Assembly: GCF_001194135.2 (NCBI RefSeq)
Contig: NC_068991.1
Location: 36,143,928 to 36,178,818 of the forward strand
DNA: 34,891 bases
Reading direction: 5' to 3'
From: Octopus bimaculoides
Lineage: Eukaryota
The first letter of the stretch is position 1; every line of letters starts with the position of its first letter. Position numbers and translations under genes: made by a program. The notes beneath the pieces are model-generated. The model made no database searches. It saw nothing but the letters and a program-made list of their open reading frames with translations, and had not been told where the DNA came from. Of this stretch, positions 11,941 to 24,057 are shown piece by piece.

Positions 11941-13858
11941 GCATGTATGAATGCGTGTGTGCGTGTAAAAATATATGTGTCTGCGTTTGTGTTTATATAT
12001 AGTGTTCTTTCAGAGATGACGATGATAAGAATGTCGTCTCTCGGGATGTTCATAACAATGGTATGATGATAATGATTTGAAAGAGTCGGAGTAGATGTAA
12101 GAGGCTATGCAAAAATGAAAGCAGTAGGACACAGGAGAGGGTGTTGTTCAGAGTGTAAAGTTATTGAATATGAAGTTGGTCATGTATGTGAAGGATGCTA
12201 AACAGAAAGCTTTCAAATTGACCAGGAGAAGACACCCCTCCCTCTTCACGCTCTACCATCTGTTCTTTTGTGGGCATATCTATTTCAACCAGTGAAGCAC
12301 TAACACCTATAGTTTCTTTCTTCATATAGTGATTAGTTAATTGAATCCAAGGTACTACCTATGTTGCCAAGTTACTAACTTTTGATGTCTACGATCGGTG
12401 GTAATTTTGATGCCACCGAATGGTAGAGTCAATTGTCGGAAAGTTGTTATAGTTGTTGAAATTGTAGTTACTATTTCTACATTTTGCTCGTTCTGTACAC
12501 AGTAATAGGATAGTTATCCCACTTATATACCTGTCTATTATTAACGTCTTCTGTAACTGTTGCCAAGTTAGAGTGACTTGCACCGATTTAAACGTATCAA
12601 TGGCGTATCATCACAACATCTTTGAGACATTTTGTGGTCTAATACATCGTAATGGTGTAGAGAGACCATGTGGAACAATATCGTAGAGTAATAGTAAAAC
12701 TAATGTCTACTGCACCCTCATGGTGGAGATACTTTGTATGGTACACAATCACAGAGTTGTATTAAATGTGTGTCTATTATATTATAGTGATATAGAAACG
12801 TTTCAGAATTAGAGTTGTAGAGACCTTATACACAAGAAGATATTGTTGGTGTAATGATATTATGTGACACAATAGAATGGTGTAATAATGATAGTATGTG
12901 GTGCAATAGCAATGTAGTATAGTGGGTATATATGGTTCTAATAGTGTAGGGATATTACTAAATGTTGGCATTAAAATATAATGACAGTAAAAGTGACCGA
13001 ACATGAATTTAAAACACGTTAAACGAATGATTAAATTGCGGAATGGCTGAGATGATATCAGTTGAGATATCAAATGTTTTCCTCTTTCTTTTGACCCGAA
13101 TTCTTTCAACTAAATTCATTCCTTTCGCCTTAATTTCTCCATCTTTCCAATTCCTTACGCTAAGTGGTTTATCGACGACGACAACCACAGCAATAACGAC
13201 GATGACGATGATGATGTTGTTGAGGGGGACAATGATGATTATGATAAGGACAGTGATGAAAAAAAATTGATTGATCAAATGATCTAATATGTAAACCGAG
13301 TGATAATCTGAAAGAAAAATATGTCACTACGTCTTTCTTCTTTACTTCAGTCACTTCAACCTGAAAATAATTGCCGAACATTCCAGGGTCAATTAAGGCC
13401 AAGATTTTGGTCTGTCAACTCAATTCTCAGGTAGTACAGAAAAACAATATACACTTGAGCTGGTCCATCATATTATCAAACATTCTCTAAACACGATGTC
13501 ATATCCTACTAAATGAAAACGATAATAAATAATTATTCCACTTTAGCCCCTCTGTAACCAATAATACATTAAATCCAAATTACATCCGATATAGAATAAA
13601 CTGAAAGAAAACATTGTTTATCCTTTCCCATTTCTAACACTATTGTTGCCGACGCTGAACTTCACCAGTTACCTCACTGTCAAGATTTTTACCCTAACAT
13701 CTTGTTTCCATTAAAGATCTGAACAACTGCTGATTCGATTATAAAGTATCAGTTCATACAATGCCCTCACATTGTTGACCATATACTGAAAAAATGAACG
13801 TTAATTAAATAGTTAATTAAATAGTTAAAATTTGCAGAATGTGCGCGTTGTGAGTGTG

Positions 13859-13861
<3 letters not shown>

Positions 13862-13919
<58 letters not shown>
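13862..13919. repeat. (TG)n microsatellite
   Basis: Perfect dinucleotide array. Confidence 0.95.
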
Positions 13920-13920
<1 letters not shown>

Positions 13921-14102
13921 CCGGTGTCTGCGTCAAACTGGGTCTTCTGTTCTTGCCTTCCTGTTCATGTCTTTGCTACTTTAAACTTTGTGATCTGAAC
14001 TTCTTTTATGATATTTACGACTATATCTATTTCCTGAACTTGCGTTATTTCACTTTCCCTAACAGTCCGTCCGTGACTCATCCACAGGAACCAGCTTTGA
14101 GG

Positions 14103-14262
14103 ACATTGACCCCAGTACTCAACTGGTAACTTCCTTTATCGACCTCGATAGAGACGAAAGTCAAAGTCGACCAAGGGAGAATTTCAAGTTGCAACGTACA
14201 GGTGGACGAAATACCACTAAGCAATTTGCCAGCATGCCAACAATACTGCCAGGTCGCCGCCT
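14103..14262 (+). mobile_element. SINE 3' half (same family as 5810), diverged
   Basis: GACCCCAGTACTCAACTGGTA..TTTATCGACC..AAAGTCGACC..GACGAAATACCACTAAGCA..CTGCCAGGTCGCCGCCT. Confidence 0.8.
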
Positions 14263-14663
14263 CATAGAAATTAAAAATATCACGGAATGTTATAAGCTGA
14301 TGTTAAAAATGAAGAAGGAAGAATTGAAAGAAAATCGAAATGTATCAAATAGAAAATAACCTCTGTCGAATGATGGCCAATGTACAATATGTTCAAGTTC
14401 TGTACAAAGTTTTCACAAGGGGTCTGCACAAATACACATCTAGATAGACTAGGAGAGAACACATAACGTTCACAAACAACATAACACAGTGACTGTACAC
14501 ATTATCAACTCATAATCTAAGTTGCCTAAGTCGTGCTGCAGGTAACGAGAATTTATATTAACAGTGACGTCTAAAAATAAATATACGAAAAAATTACTGT
14601 TCAAGCATTTGGGTTGCACATCCATATACACACACATTTGTTCTCATACATATATATGTGTGC

Positions 14664-14699
<36 letters not shown>

Positions 14700-15660
14700 N
14701 NNNNNNNNNNNNNNNNNNNNNNNNNNNNNNNNNNNNNNNNNNNNNNNNNNNNNNNNNNNNNNNNNNNNNNNNNNNNNNNNNNNNNNNNNNNNNNNNNNNN
14801 NNNNNNNNNNNNNNNNNNNNNNNNNNNNNNNNNNNNNNNNNNNNNNNNNNNNNNNNNNNNNNNNNNNNNNNNNNNNNNNNNNNNNNNNNNNNNNNNNNNN
14901 NNNNNNNNNNNNNNNNNNNNNNNNNNNNNNNNNNNNNNNNNNNNNNNNNNNNNNNNNNNNNNNNNNNNNNNNNNNNNNNNNNNNNNNNNNNNNNNNNNNN
15001 NNNNNNNNNNNNNNNNNNNNNNNNNNNNNNNNNNNNNNNNNNNNNNNNNNNNNNNNNNNNNNNNNNNNNNNNNNNNNNNNNNNNNNNNNNNNNNNNNNNN
15101 NNNNNNNNNNNNNNNNNNNNNNNNNNNNNNNNNNNNNNNNNNNNNNNNNNNNNNNNNNNNNNNNNNNNNNNNNNNTATATATATATATGTATGTATGTAT
15201 AATAATATTTATAACTTGCTACATATTCAAAACTATATCAAGGGTATATAAAGATTTTAATTTTGCTTGTCTACATTATCTTCCTGCCAAAGCTCACAAC
15301 CTTTCACGTTCATCATCTCAACCACGACGCAGTCACCCCATCTTTCTCACTAGTCTTCACTCAAGATGAAATTGGCAACATTCGACTGTAATCTTGGCAT
15401 GCCATAACTTTGTTGTTGTTCTGAAGCAAAGCGGAATGGCTAGAAAGGCAGTAACTTTGATTAGTCCATGTAATCTTGACCGAGAGTGGACGGGAGGGAG
15501 CGATAAACAGTTTTGATACATTGTCAGACATCTTGGAAGAAACATGTGTACGGAACATCATTACATACATACAAACATATGCAAGCTTCTTTCAGAGGTT
15601 TATCAGTATATACTTGCAGCTATGCATACATTCCTGCGCATACATTAATTAATTAATTCA

Positions 15661-15712
<52 letters not shown>

Positions 15713-15727
15713 CAAATATATATGTAT

Positions 15728-15787
<60 letters not shown>
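15661..15787. repeat. Compound microsatellite (TATC)n-(TA)n-(TG)n
   Basis: Read directly. Confidence 0.95.
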
Positions 15788-15788
<1 letters not shown>

Positions 15789-15794
15789 ATCTGT

Positions 15795-15932
15795 TACTTG
15801 TTTCAGTCATTTGACTGCGGCCGTACTGAGCACAGCCTAGAAGGGTTTTCGTTGAACAAATCTTATATCTTATTAGCCTGATAATTAATCAGTTGGTCTC
15901 TTTTGCCGATCCATTAAGCTATGGCCGCTACA
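15795..15932 (-). mobile_element. 3' end of CORE-type SINE (21413 family), diverged
   Basis: TTACTTGTTTCAGTCATTTGACTGCGGCC is the reverse complement of GGCCACAGTCAAATGACTGAAACAAGTAA (21810-21838) with one mismatch. Confidence 0.8.
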
Positions 15933-17469
15933 TGGTCGGGAAATAATTACACAATTTCTGCATTTGTGGAATGAAAGAGAAACGAACGATTTGAATGACA
16001 AAGAAAGGAAGGTGAAAATGAAGAATGAAAGTGAACGATACATTCTTTCCTTTACCACCTGAACAAACGTATAAGAGTTGGAAACTCTTAGCTGCAATGT
16101 AGTGAATTATTCTCTTCGAACGATTAACTATAATTAATCACATAATTTGAGTACACTTTTTTTTTACTCTGGTGTATACCCAAACGTGCACGCGCCCGCA
16201 CGCATTCAAGCACAGAGACACGTGCATATACACACACTTAATGCATATGTACGCAGGCACACGTCACACAAAAACACACTCACACAAAAACATACACACG
16301 AACACATACACACACACCTACATACACACACATGCGCACAGACATATGAACTGTTTTTCCTTCTTTAGCTCCATTTCTCTCTCCTCTTATTCTTCAGCTT
16401 TTTCTCTTCCTCTCAAAAACTTCTCGTAATTTTCTGCAAATTCGATTTCTTTCTTTCCCTTTAATTCCTCCCTCTTCAGCTCAAATTCATAACCAGGTTA
16501 ATATTATAATAAATATCTTTAAATATCTCTTGATCAGCATACGGTTTCAGACCCTATTAATGTTAGAATTAGTTATGCAGTACAAGAATTCATATAGTTA
16601 ATAGATGTATATACATTGGACATACAGAATACGATGAACTATAGAGACTGACGAAATGTTCTTGTTGATGGGCTATCATATAGAGCTTTCGGATAGTTAA
16701 TGAACTGTTGAATACCTAGAAATCGAGTTGGAGATTATTTCGCGTTGCCTTTCCGAGGCCGAAAGAAATACCATGTACAACACTGTAAATTAAGAAATAT
16801 TCGTCAATCTGAAAGTGATGCTACTGCCTACAGCTGTGAATTACTATACCACCTAACAGTTCATAGAGTTGTTCCCAATATTTGTTCGGCCACAGAAAAA
16901 TGTTAACTGAAGCTTAATTGTTTTTCCAATCATCACAACGTAAAATCACTTCACGCTGTATTTAACAAATAAGAGGAAAAACTATCATCCTGGATAGGAT
17001 GCATGTCCAACGTTGATGTCTTGCTTCAAATAGAGATAAGATAGAAATAATAAGCTATATTCAGAATCACGACGAAATAACTCCAGTGAAATTGTGTGTC
17101 CGGTTCCATGAGCCATTTATTCAGTAATATCTATCTGGACACACCACCTCCTCTAAAGCCTTCCTACCACATCATAAAAAACATAGAAAAGGTTATTTTC
17201 TTCAGTAATGGTGGTGATAAAATTAGTATCAGCAAACAGCCTAATCACATGGCATGTTTAGCTGCTACTTTGAAAGAATACATGAAATCCTAAAGAAGAA
17301 GCAATTTATTTATTGATTGTTCTTCTCTTGTAGCACAAAATAAAATAATAAATAAAATGGATATTAATTAAAGAATAGCAAAATACAGATGCAATATTTT
17401 CTTCATAGCTTTCAGCTGCCTGCTTCGTTTTAATTATATATATTTGGGTCTGCACGCGTGCGTGTGTGG

Positions 17470-17514
<45 letters not shown>

Positions 17515-17874
17515 CAAGCATAGACATGATTGCGTGTGTTTGTTTATAATTTTGCAAGAAACATGGGGCAGCTTAAGATAAAACAAATTAGCTGAAGGCA
17601 GCAAGTACTGTCTTTGATTTTGCAGTTCAAATGAAAAATAACAAAACAAAAAACAAATCAAAAGAAAGAAAAATTGTTTCTTATTGCAAACCAGAACCGT
17701 TGTCTCCCTTTACTACCTTACCACCTCACTACCGCTGTTGCCGTCGTAGTCGTCGCTGTTATCATTAATAANNNNNNNNNNNNNNNNNNNNNNNNNNNNN
17801 NNNNNNNNNNNNNNNNNNNNNNNNNNNNNNNNNNNNNNNNNNNNNNNNNNNNNNNNNNNNNNNNNNNNNNNNNN

Positions 17875-17936
<62 letters not shown>

Positions 17937-19110
17937 CCACAACACCATGCCACACACATATGTACATGTGTGTTCGTGTATATACATAACATATATTCAT
18001 GCAGATATCAACATACACACACGCATACTCATATTTCGTGTATGTGTGTGGTGTGTGTATGATAATATGCACGTAAATGACTATATGTTGACGAATGCAT
18101 ACATGTGTGTGTGTGTTTGTGTGTGTGTGTGCATATGTATTTAATTAGCATTGAAACATAACTAAAGGCGACATCTTTAGAATTGCACGTACCCTGAGAA
18201 CAATATCTGTAAATTTACTGCAAGTCTTCTGCCGATGTTCTCTTATGGTACAAACAAAGCTTAGCAAATGTCAACTATTTCCAACGAACAATCTGCATAC
18301 GTGAATGCATACATACATAAAGTAACTAAAAAATGTTTTTCCCGATTAAAAACAGATATGGCATTTAGAGTTTGTCTCTTACAATACAATATCCCACCAT
18401 GCATTTACAGTAGTAGTACTAATATCAGTTTCGGATACTTGACTAATCTGTTAATGCGATACTCTCGATAGATAGTAAAAGCCGCAAGATTCTAACACCA
18501 ACTTCAAACACTCGCTAAATCAGTGATATTGACAGACTCTATCTCGGGAGAAAAGAGGGAGGACGGCTTAAAATCAGAACAAACTGCCTTTAAGTGCTAT
18601 ACAATATGCTATATAATATCACTCAGCTACGAAACAACAGTAGCAAATGCTCAAAAATGAAGAGAACAACTTTCGGTTTGGTAGTGAAACACTCACTTCT
18701 TGATCACTTCCCATGTGAACCCAGAAATATAGGACTAGCATATCTCAGCAAAGCTTTTAAAGAGAAACACTCAGTATCTCACAAAAAGGTTACACATTAC
18801 TATGTTAACTATAAACTTGGGGAAATGATGATATTCAACAGAAGCTAATTAATACATCACGTCACATCATGAAGGCTTTGCTTTTGCATTCCTAAAGCAA
18901 GAGATAACAACAAAATAGCTGATGAAAGACACAGTGAAGCCTTTAAACGCCCAAGATGTAGCCATAAATGTTAATTATGCCACTTTCCTGTGGAAGTCAT
19001 AACTAATGTAATCAGCAGGTTAAAAAATGTCATCGAGATATTAGCTTTTACTACATGATGTTGTTTTTAAAACATTATAGAACGCCATGCACAGTAAAGA
19101 CTGTCCTGGG

Positions 19111-19142
<32 letters not shown>

Positions 19143-19350
19143 NNNNNNNNNNNNNNNNNNNNNNNNNNNNNNNNNNNNNNNNNNNNNNNNNNNNNNNNNN
19201 NNNNNNNNNNNNNNNNNNNNNNNNNNNNNNNNNNNNNNNNNNNNNNNNNNNNNNNNNNNNNNNNNNNNNNNNNNNNNNNNNNNNNNNNNNNNNNNNNNNN
19301 NNNNNNNNNNNNNNNNNNNNNNNNNNNNNNNNNNNNNNNNNNNNNNNNNN

Positions 19351-19392
<42 letters not shown>

Positions 19393-19876
19393 ATCCTCCT
19401 TCCCACCTATTTACTCACCACGCGTGACTCGTGACTAATTTTCTAATCTCTGTGTTTTTTAAATTTTTTTTTGTCACAGGACACTTAGCATGACGGTCAA
19501 CTTTTCCTCTTCTCTTACTAATTCTCCTTTTTTTAATACCCATTTGAGGATTTCTTCCAGGCGTTACCCATCATCCTCGTGTTTGGCCGAAAAGGTTTAT
19601 TTGTTGTCTTCGTCTATCGTTTCAATTACATTTCTTTACTTTTGTATGTCCACCCTGTATTGTCTTGTTTGCTCGAACCCTAACTCTACGCAAATCTTGT
19701 GGGTGCCATCGATATACGAAGTTCTCAGTTTTATCATTAAAAATACGGAACTGGGTATTTATATTTTTCGGTCAATAACTGAAGGATTACTGTCCTTCTG
19801 TACCTCTCCTACGTGTACGTTTTGTAGTATTTAATGCGTTTTTCGTTTATACACACACACACATACATATGTGTTC

Positions 19877-19929
19877 GTAGCCACTTCAACATGACTGTCC
19901 GTTCGAACGGACAGCCATGAAGTGGCTAC
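19877..19929. other. GC-rich hairpin containing a perfect 20-bp palindrome
   Basis: GTAGCCACTT..CATG.CTGTCCGTTCGAACGGACAG.CATG AAGTGGCTAC. Confidence 0.85.
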
Positions 19930-19967
19930 TGCGTTGATCTCTTTGAGAGATTTTAGAACATGGCTTA

Positions 19968-20263
19968 GGTACATGGTTTAGTGGTTAGAGCAGCAGACTC
20001 ACGGTCGTGGGATTACGGGTTCGAATCTCAGACGGGGTGGTGTGTTTGTTTATGAGCAAAACATCTCAGCTCAATGTGGCTCCGGCAGAAGGTAATGGCG
20101 AACTTCTGCTGACTCTTTCACTACAAGCTTCTCTCAATCTTTCCTCCTGCATCTAGCAGATCACCTGAGACGGACCGGCGTCCCGTCCAGGTGGGGAAGC
20201 TATACACCAATAAAACCTGGGACCCGGCCCTTATCAGCCAAGCATGGCTCAAGAAGGAACAAA
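19968..20263 (+). mobile_element. tRNA-derived SINE with V-domain-like segment
   Basis: A-box-like TGGTTTAGTGG and B-box GGGTTCGAATC; CCTGAGACGGACCGGCGTCCCGTCCAGG (20164-20191) resembles the V-SINE core CCTGCGATGGACTGGCGxCCTGTCCAGG; 3' stem-loop AGCCA-AGCA-TGGCT followed by a CA/AAC tail. Confidence 0.75.
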
Positions 20264-20500
20264 CACAACACATATATGTATATATATACACACACACACA
20301 TACACACACATATATATAGCCACTAAGAGGATATTTAGACCTCTTATAAGGATATTTCTATCCAAGATACACTGGTTTAATATATTGTATTTTGAAGAGC
20401 TATTTCTTCAATGAATATATTATATAAAATATAAAATATTATTATTAAGTTTGAAAACGGAGAGATCAAATGGATATAAATGAATTAATTAATTAACATT

Positions 20501-20773
20501 TTCACCAACAATTTTTTTCATTTCACAACCAAAATTAAAACAAATATATAATCTTGCACTTTAAAATACCTGGGATGGAAAATTATCAGGGTGCAGAAAA
20601 GGACAGTACAAGAATTATATATTCTGAGTATTCCAATGGATCATAATGTAATCCTTGCATTGTCCTTTTGTGCACCCGGATGATTTTCCATCCAAGGTAT
20701 TTTAAAATGCAAGATTATATATTTATATATGTACTTTCAATTTTGGTTGTGAAATGAAACAATTATAGGTGAA
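20501..20773. mobile_element. Foldback element / palindromic MITE (~120-bp arms, 25-nt spacer)
   Basis: TTTCATTTCACAACCAAAATT..AATCTTGCACTTTAAAATACCTGGGATGGAAAATTATCAGGGTGCAGAAAAGGACA pairs with its near reverse complement at 20646-20773. Confidence 0.85.
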
Positions 20774-20775
20774 TA

Positions 20776-21035
20776 TACATTATTTACATTCGATGGATAT
20801 TTGTCCTCATCTTGTTTGTTGTTAACACAACGTTTCGGCTGATATACCCAGCCTTCTTCGGGTGTCTTGGGGAAATTTCGAACCTGGGTTCTCATTCCTG
20901 AGGTATTTTTTGATGTTATTATTATTATTACTATTATTATTATTATTATTATTATTATTGTTCAGGTCACTGCTTGAAATCGAACTCGGAATCTTGAGGT
21001 TAGTAGCCCGCGCTCTTAACCACTACGACATATAC
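20776..21035 (-). mobile_element. tRNA-headed SINE with (AAT)n linker and hammerhead-like tail, copy 1
   Basis: Reverse complement of the copy at 22026-22274 along its full length; head carries A and B boxes. Confidence 0.9.
20824..20866 (-). ncRNA. Minimal type I hammerhead ribozyme-like motif (core CCGAAGA, i.e. U4 to C)
   Basis: GACAC-CCGAAGA-A-GGCTG-GGTATAT-CAGCC-GAAACGT-T-GTGTT: stem I GACAC/GTGTT, stem II GGCTG/CAGCC, palindromic ACGT helix III. Confidence 0.6.
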
Positions 21036-21412
21036 CTGTGGGCAATTATGGAGTGGATTTTAGGGCTTATAAATCTAATATTTTTCTATTCTTCCTTAAT
21101 ACCGGTTCTCATATGCTGCTCATATCTGCACTCGGTCTGCTTAAAAGGTTGTGTCCTAGCATATGTGCTGCTTCTTTTAGTTTTCGTATTTTCCGGTGAT
21201 GTTCTCTGTCTATTATTTTTAACTTCATCCCACAAGAAGTAAAAGATAATCTATATATGCATAGCGTTCGCTATTATGCTAAACTGTCGTATGTCCAAAT
21301 TTAACCAAATACGTGTTTTTCAATATTTTGCTTGCAATAGCTAGTTCTTTTGGTCAAACTATCATATCTCCAGTTGCTTCAGATGCCAAGATATCAAAAA
21401 ATGTCAAAGTTT

Positions 21413-21845
21413 AGGCGCATGAGTGTCTGCGTGGTAAGTAGCTTGCTTACCAATCATATGGTTCCGGGTTCAGTCCCACTGCGTGGCACCTTGGGCAAGT
21501 AACTTCTACTATAGCCTCGGGCCNNNNNNNNNNTTGGGCAAGTAACTTCTACTATAGCCTCGGGCCGACCAAAGCCTTGTGAGTGGATCTGGTAGACGGA
21601 AACTGAAAGATGCCCGTCGTATATATATACAAATATATGTATATATATATGTGTATGTGTTGTATATGCTTGTGTGTCTGTGTTTGTCCCCCACCATCAC
21701 TTGACAACCGATGTTGGTTTGTTTACGTCCCCGTAATAGAATAAGCACTAGGCTTACAAAGAATAAGTCGTGGGGGCGATTTGCTCGACTAAAGGCGGTG
21801 CTCCAGCATGGCCACAGTCAAATGACTGAAACAAGTAAAAGAATA
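21413..21845 (+). mobile_element. Near full-length tRNA-derived CORE-type SINE (octopus OR-like)
   Basis: tRNA-like head with GGTTCAGTCCC B-box; CCTTGGGCAAGT CORE-like motif; central TA/TG microsatellite; 3' end ..AAATGACTGAAACAAGTAAAAGAATA; partial copies at 1, 15795 and 28131. Confidence 0.85.
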
Positions 21846-22025
21846 TAGTACAAAGGTGTTGCTATGTACTAGTGAAACGATTTTTTCGTTTTCTTAAAAA
21901 GCAACATTTTGGACTCGTGACACTTTTGCATTATAGCAACGATAATATTTGTGTATGCATATATTCACGTATATATGTATCTGCTTTCATGAAGAGGATT
22001 GCAAATACATTTCTATATTTAAAAA

Positions 22026-22274
22026 CATATGGCGTAGTGGTTGAGAGCGCGGGCTACTAACCCCTAGATTCCGAGTTCGATTGCAGGCCTTGACCTGAAT
22101 AATTGTAATAATAATAATAATAATAACATCGAAAAATACCTTAGGAATGAGAACCCAGTTTCGAAATTTCTCCAAGACACCTGAAGAAGGCTGGAGGGTA
22201 TATCAGCCTAAACGTTGTGTTAACAACAAACAAGATGAGGACAAATATCCATCAATTGTAAATAATGTAAATAA
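22026..22274 (+). mobile_element. tRNA-headed SINE with (AAT)n linker and hammerhead-like tail, copy 2
   Basis: Head GGCGTAGTGGTTGAGAGCGCGGGCTACTAACCCCTAGATTCCGAGTTCGATT resembles tRNA-Arg(ACG); ends TGTAAATAATGTAAATAA. Confidence 0.9.
22176..22221 (+). ncRNA. Minimal type I hammerhead ribozyme-like motif (core TAAAC, i.e. G12 to U)
   Basis: GACAC-CTGAAGA-A-GGCTG-GAGGGTATAT-CAGCC-TAAACGT-T-GTGTT. Confidence 0.6.
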
Positions 22275-23519
22275 GGATTACAAATATCAAATATTTGTTT
22301 ATTAATTTTTTTGTATAATCTAAATCATAAAAGAATGCAGAGAACGTTATGTATGAAATACAGATGTGTATAAAATTGGGAATATTAGTAGCTCTGACAC
22401 AGAATCCTATTTTTCATGATTTTCAGTTTAAATAGCATAAGAACTGTCCTTGGAAGCGAAATAGAGTGAAGTCTTCCTAAAAGCCATTGAAGTAGTCGCC
22501 ATTCATTTGAAGATACAGTGGTCCTGTAGTCAAGGAATCTAGAGAGAAATCATGTGAAAATATATAGGGCTATGCCAGTACCTTACCAAATATATGAGAT
22601 ACAAAAATTACACCAATGGTTTGAAGCTAATAAAAACCAACTCGCTCCCTTGTTATGAATAGTATGCGTCCATATAATTCTTTCTTCGACATGGTGTAGG
22701 ACAAATCATAAAAATGAAGAATTGTAATAATATTATTCAACGTGACAGCTTGTTGCCTATTTTCTAATTTGCACGGTCAGCCTCTCCTCATGGTAAACAT
22801 TAAATTACATAACAAACTTTGCATTGCATTGGCTTTTGCATTAGTCACAAAGAACAAGATCTAGGAAAAATATACTTAAAGAAACAAATGATATTGAAGC
22901 TGAACACTATAGAACTGAGAGTAATTGATGGTTTCTAACACAATAAATGATACAAAAAATGTTTGAAGACGTCCTATGTTGTAAATAAAACTCATTTGTA
23001 TTGTTTCATTTTAATAAATTGTTTACTGCTATATTACGCGAATTAAACACTGACAATGGTGTATATATATATATATATATNNNNNNNNNNNNNNNNNNNN
23101 NNNNNNNNNNNNNNNNNNNNNNNNNNNNNNNNNNNNNNNNNNNNNNNNNNNNNNNNNNNNNNNNNNNNNNNNNNNNNNNNNNNNNNNNNNNNNNNNNNNN
23201 NNNNNNNNNNNNNNNNNNNNNNNNNNNNNNNNNNNNNNNNNNNNNNNNNNNNNNNNNNNNNNNNNNNNNNNNNNNNNNNNNNNNNNNNNNNNNNNNNNNN
23301 NNNNNNNNNNNNNNNNNNNNNNNNNNNNNNNNNNNNNNNNNNNNNNNNNNNNNNNNNNNNNNNNNNNNNNNNNNNNNNNNNNNNNNNNNNNNNNNNNNCG
23401 TCTCTTAGTTGCCAGATATGGATGGCCAGTAATGTTACGTATCTTCTTACCGGGACTCCGAAGGAGGACAAATGTTTGGAAAGATGCTGTTTGAGAGAAT
23501 TCCCAGTGCATCTCACGTA

Positions 23520-23770
23520 TTTTTGTGGGTGCGTGATGTTGGTGCGCCTGTTGCTGTTGTAGATGCTGCTATTGTTGGTGCTGTTGCTGCTGCTATTGCT
23601 GCTGCCGTTGTCGCCGATACCACCGGTGGTGTTGTCACTGATGGAGTTGGGCTGATGCTGTTGGTGTTGCTGGGAGTGGTGGTGGTGGTGGTGACAGTAA
23701 TATTTTCGTGTGTTGCAGTCGTTGTTGCCGCTGGTACTCGCATAGCTGTTGTTATGTTTGTCTCTGTGTC

Positions 23771-23813
<43 letters not shown>

Positions 23814-23874
23814 GTCTGTCTGTCTGTCTATCTATCTACCTCTCTGTCTACCTATATATATGTGTGTGTATGTA

Positions 23875-23929
<55 letters not shown>

Positions 23930-23992
23930 TTGTGTGTGTGTTTGTGTGTGTGTGTGTGTGCGTGTGTGTGTGTATGTATGTATGTATGTATA
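23520..23992. repeat. Degenerate (GYT)n tract followed by compound (TCTA)n/(TA)n/(TG)n/(TATG)n microsatellite
   Basis: Read directly; source of the Ala/Val/Thr-rich ORFs. Confidence 0.9.
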
Positions 23993-24057
23993 CAGGTTCG
24001 GTCAAAAGTGACCTGACAGTAAACCAAAACCATTTAATTCCAAAATTAAAACACTGA

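Noticed and set aside
13351-13430. Candidate 80-nt exon (acceptor CTTTACTTCAG, donor GTAGTA, one open frame)
   Set aside because: No recognisable homology or partner exons; would need RNA-seq
15357-15570. Short ORFs with a PSRPLSV stretch reminiscent of an FN3 start
   Set aside because: The similarity is only a few residues; no splice support
19490-19834. Purine-rich minus strand resembling a decayed retroelement ORF1
   Set aside because: Four stops in about 125 codons and no diagnostic motif
22026-22100. tRNA-like cloverleaf (also at about 20965-21035 and 19968-20035)
   Set aside because: SINE heads continuous with SINE bodies and lacking a proper acceptor stem, so not called as tRNA genes
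23400-23516. Non-repetitive open frames on the minus strand beside a gap
   Set aside because: No recognisable family or splice signals
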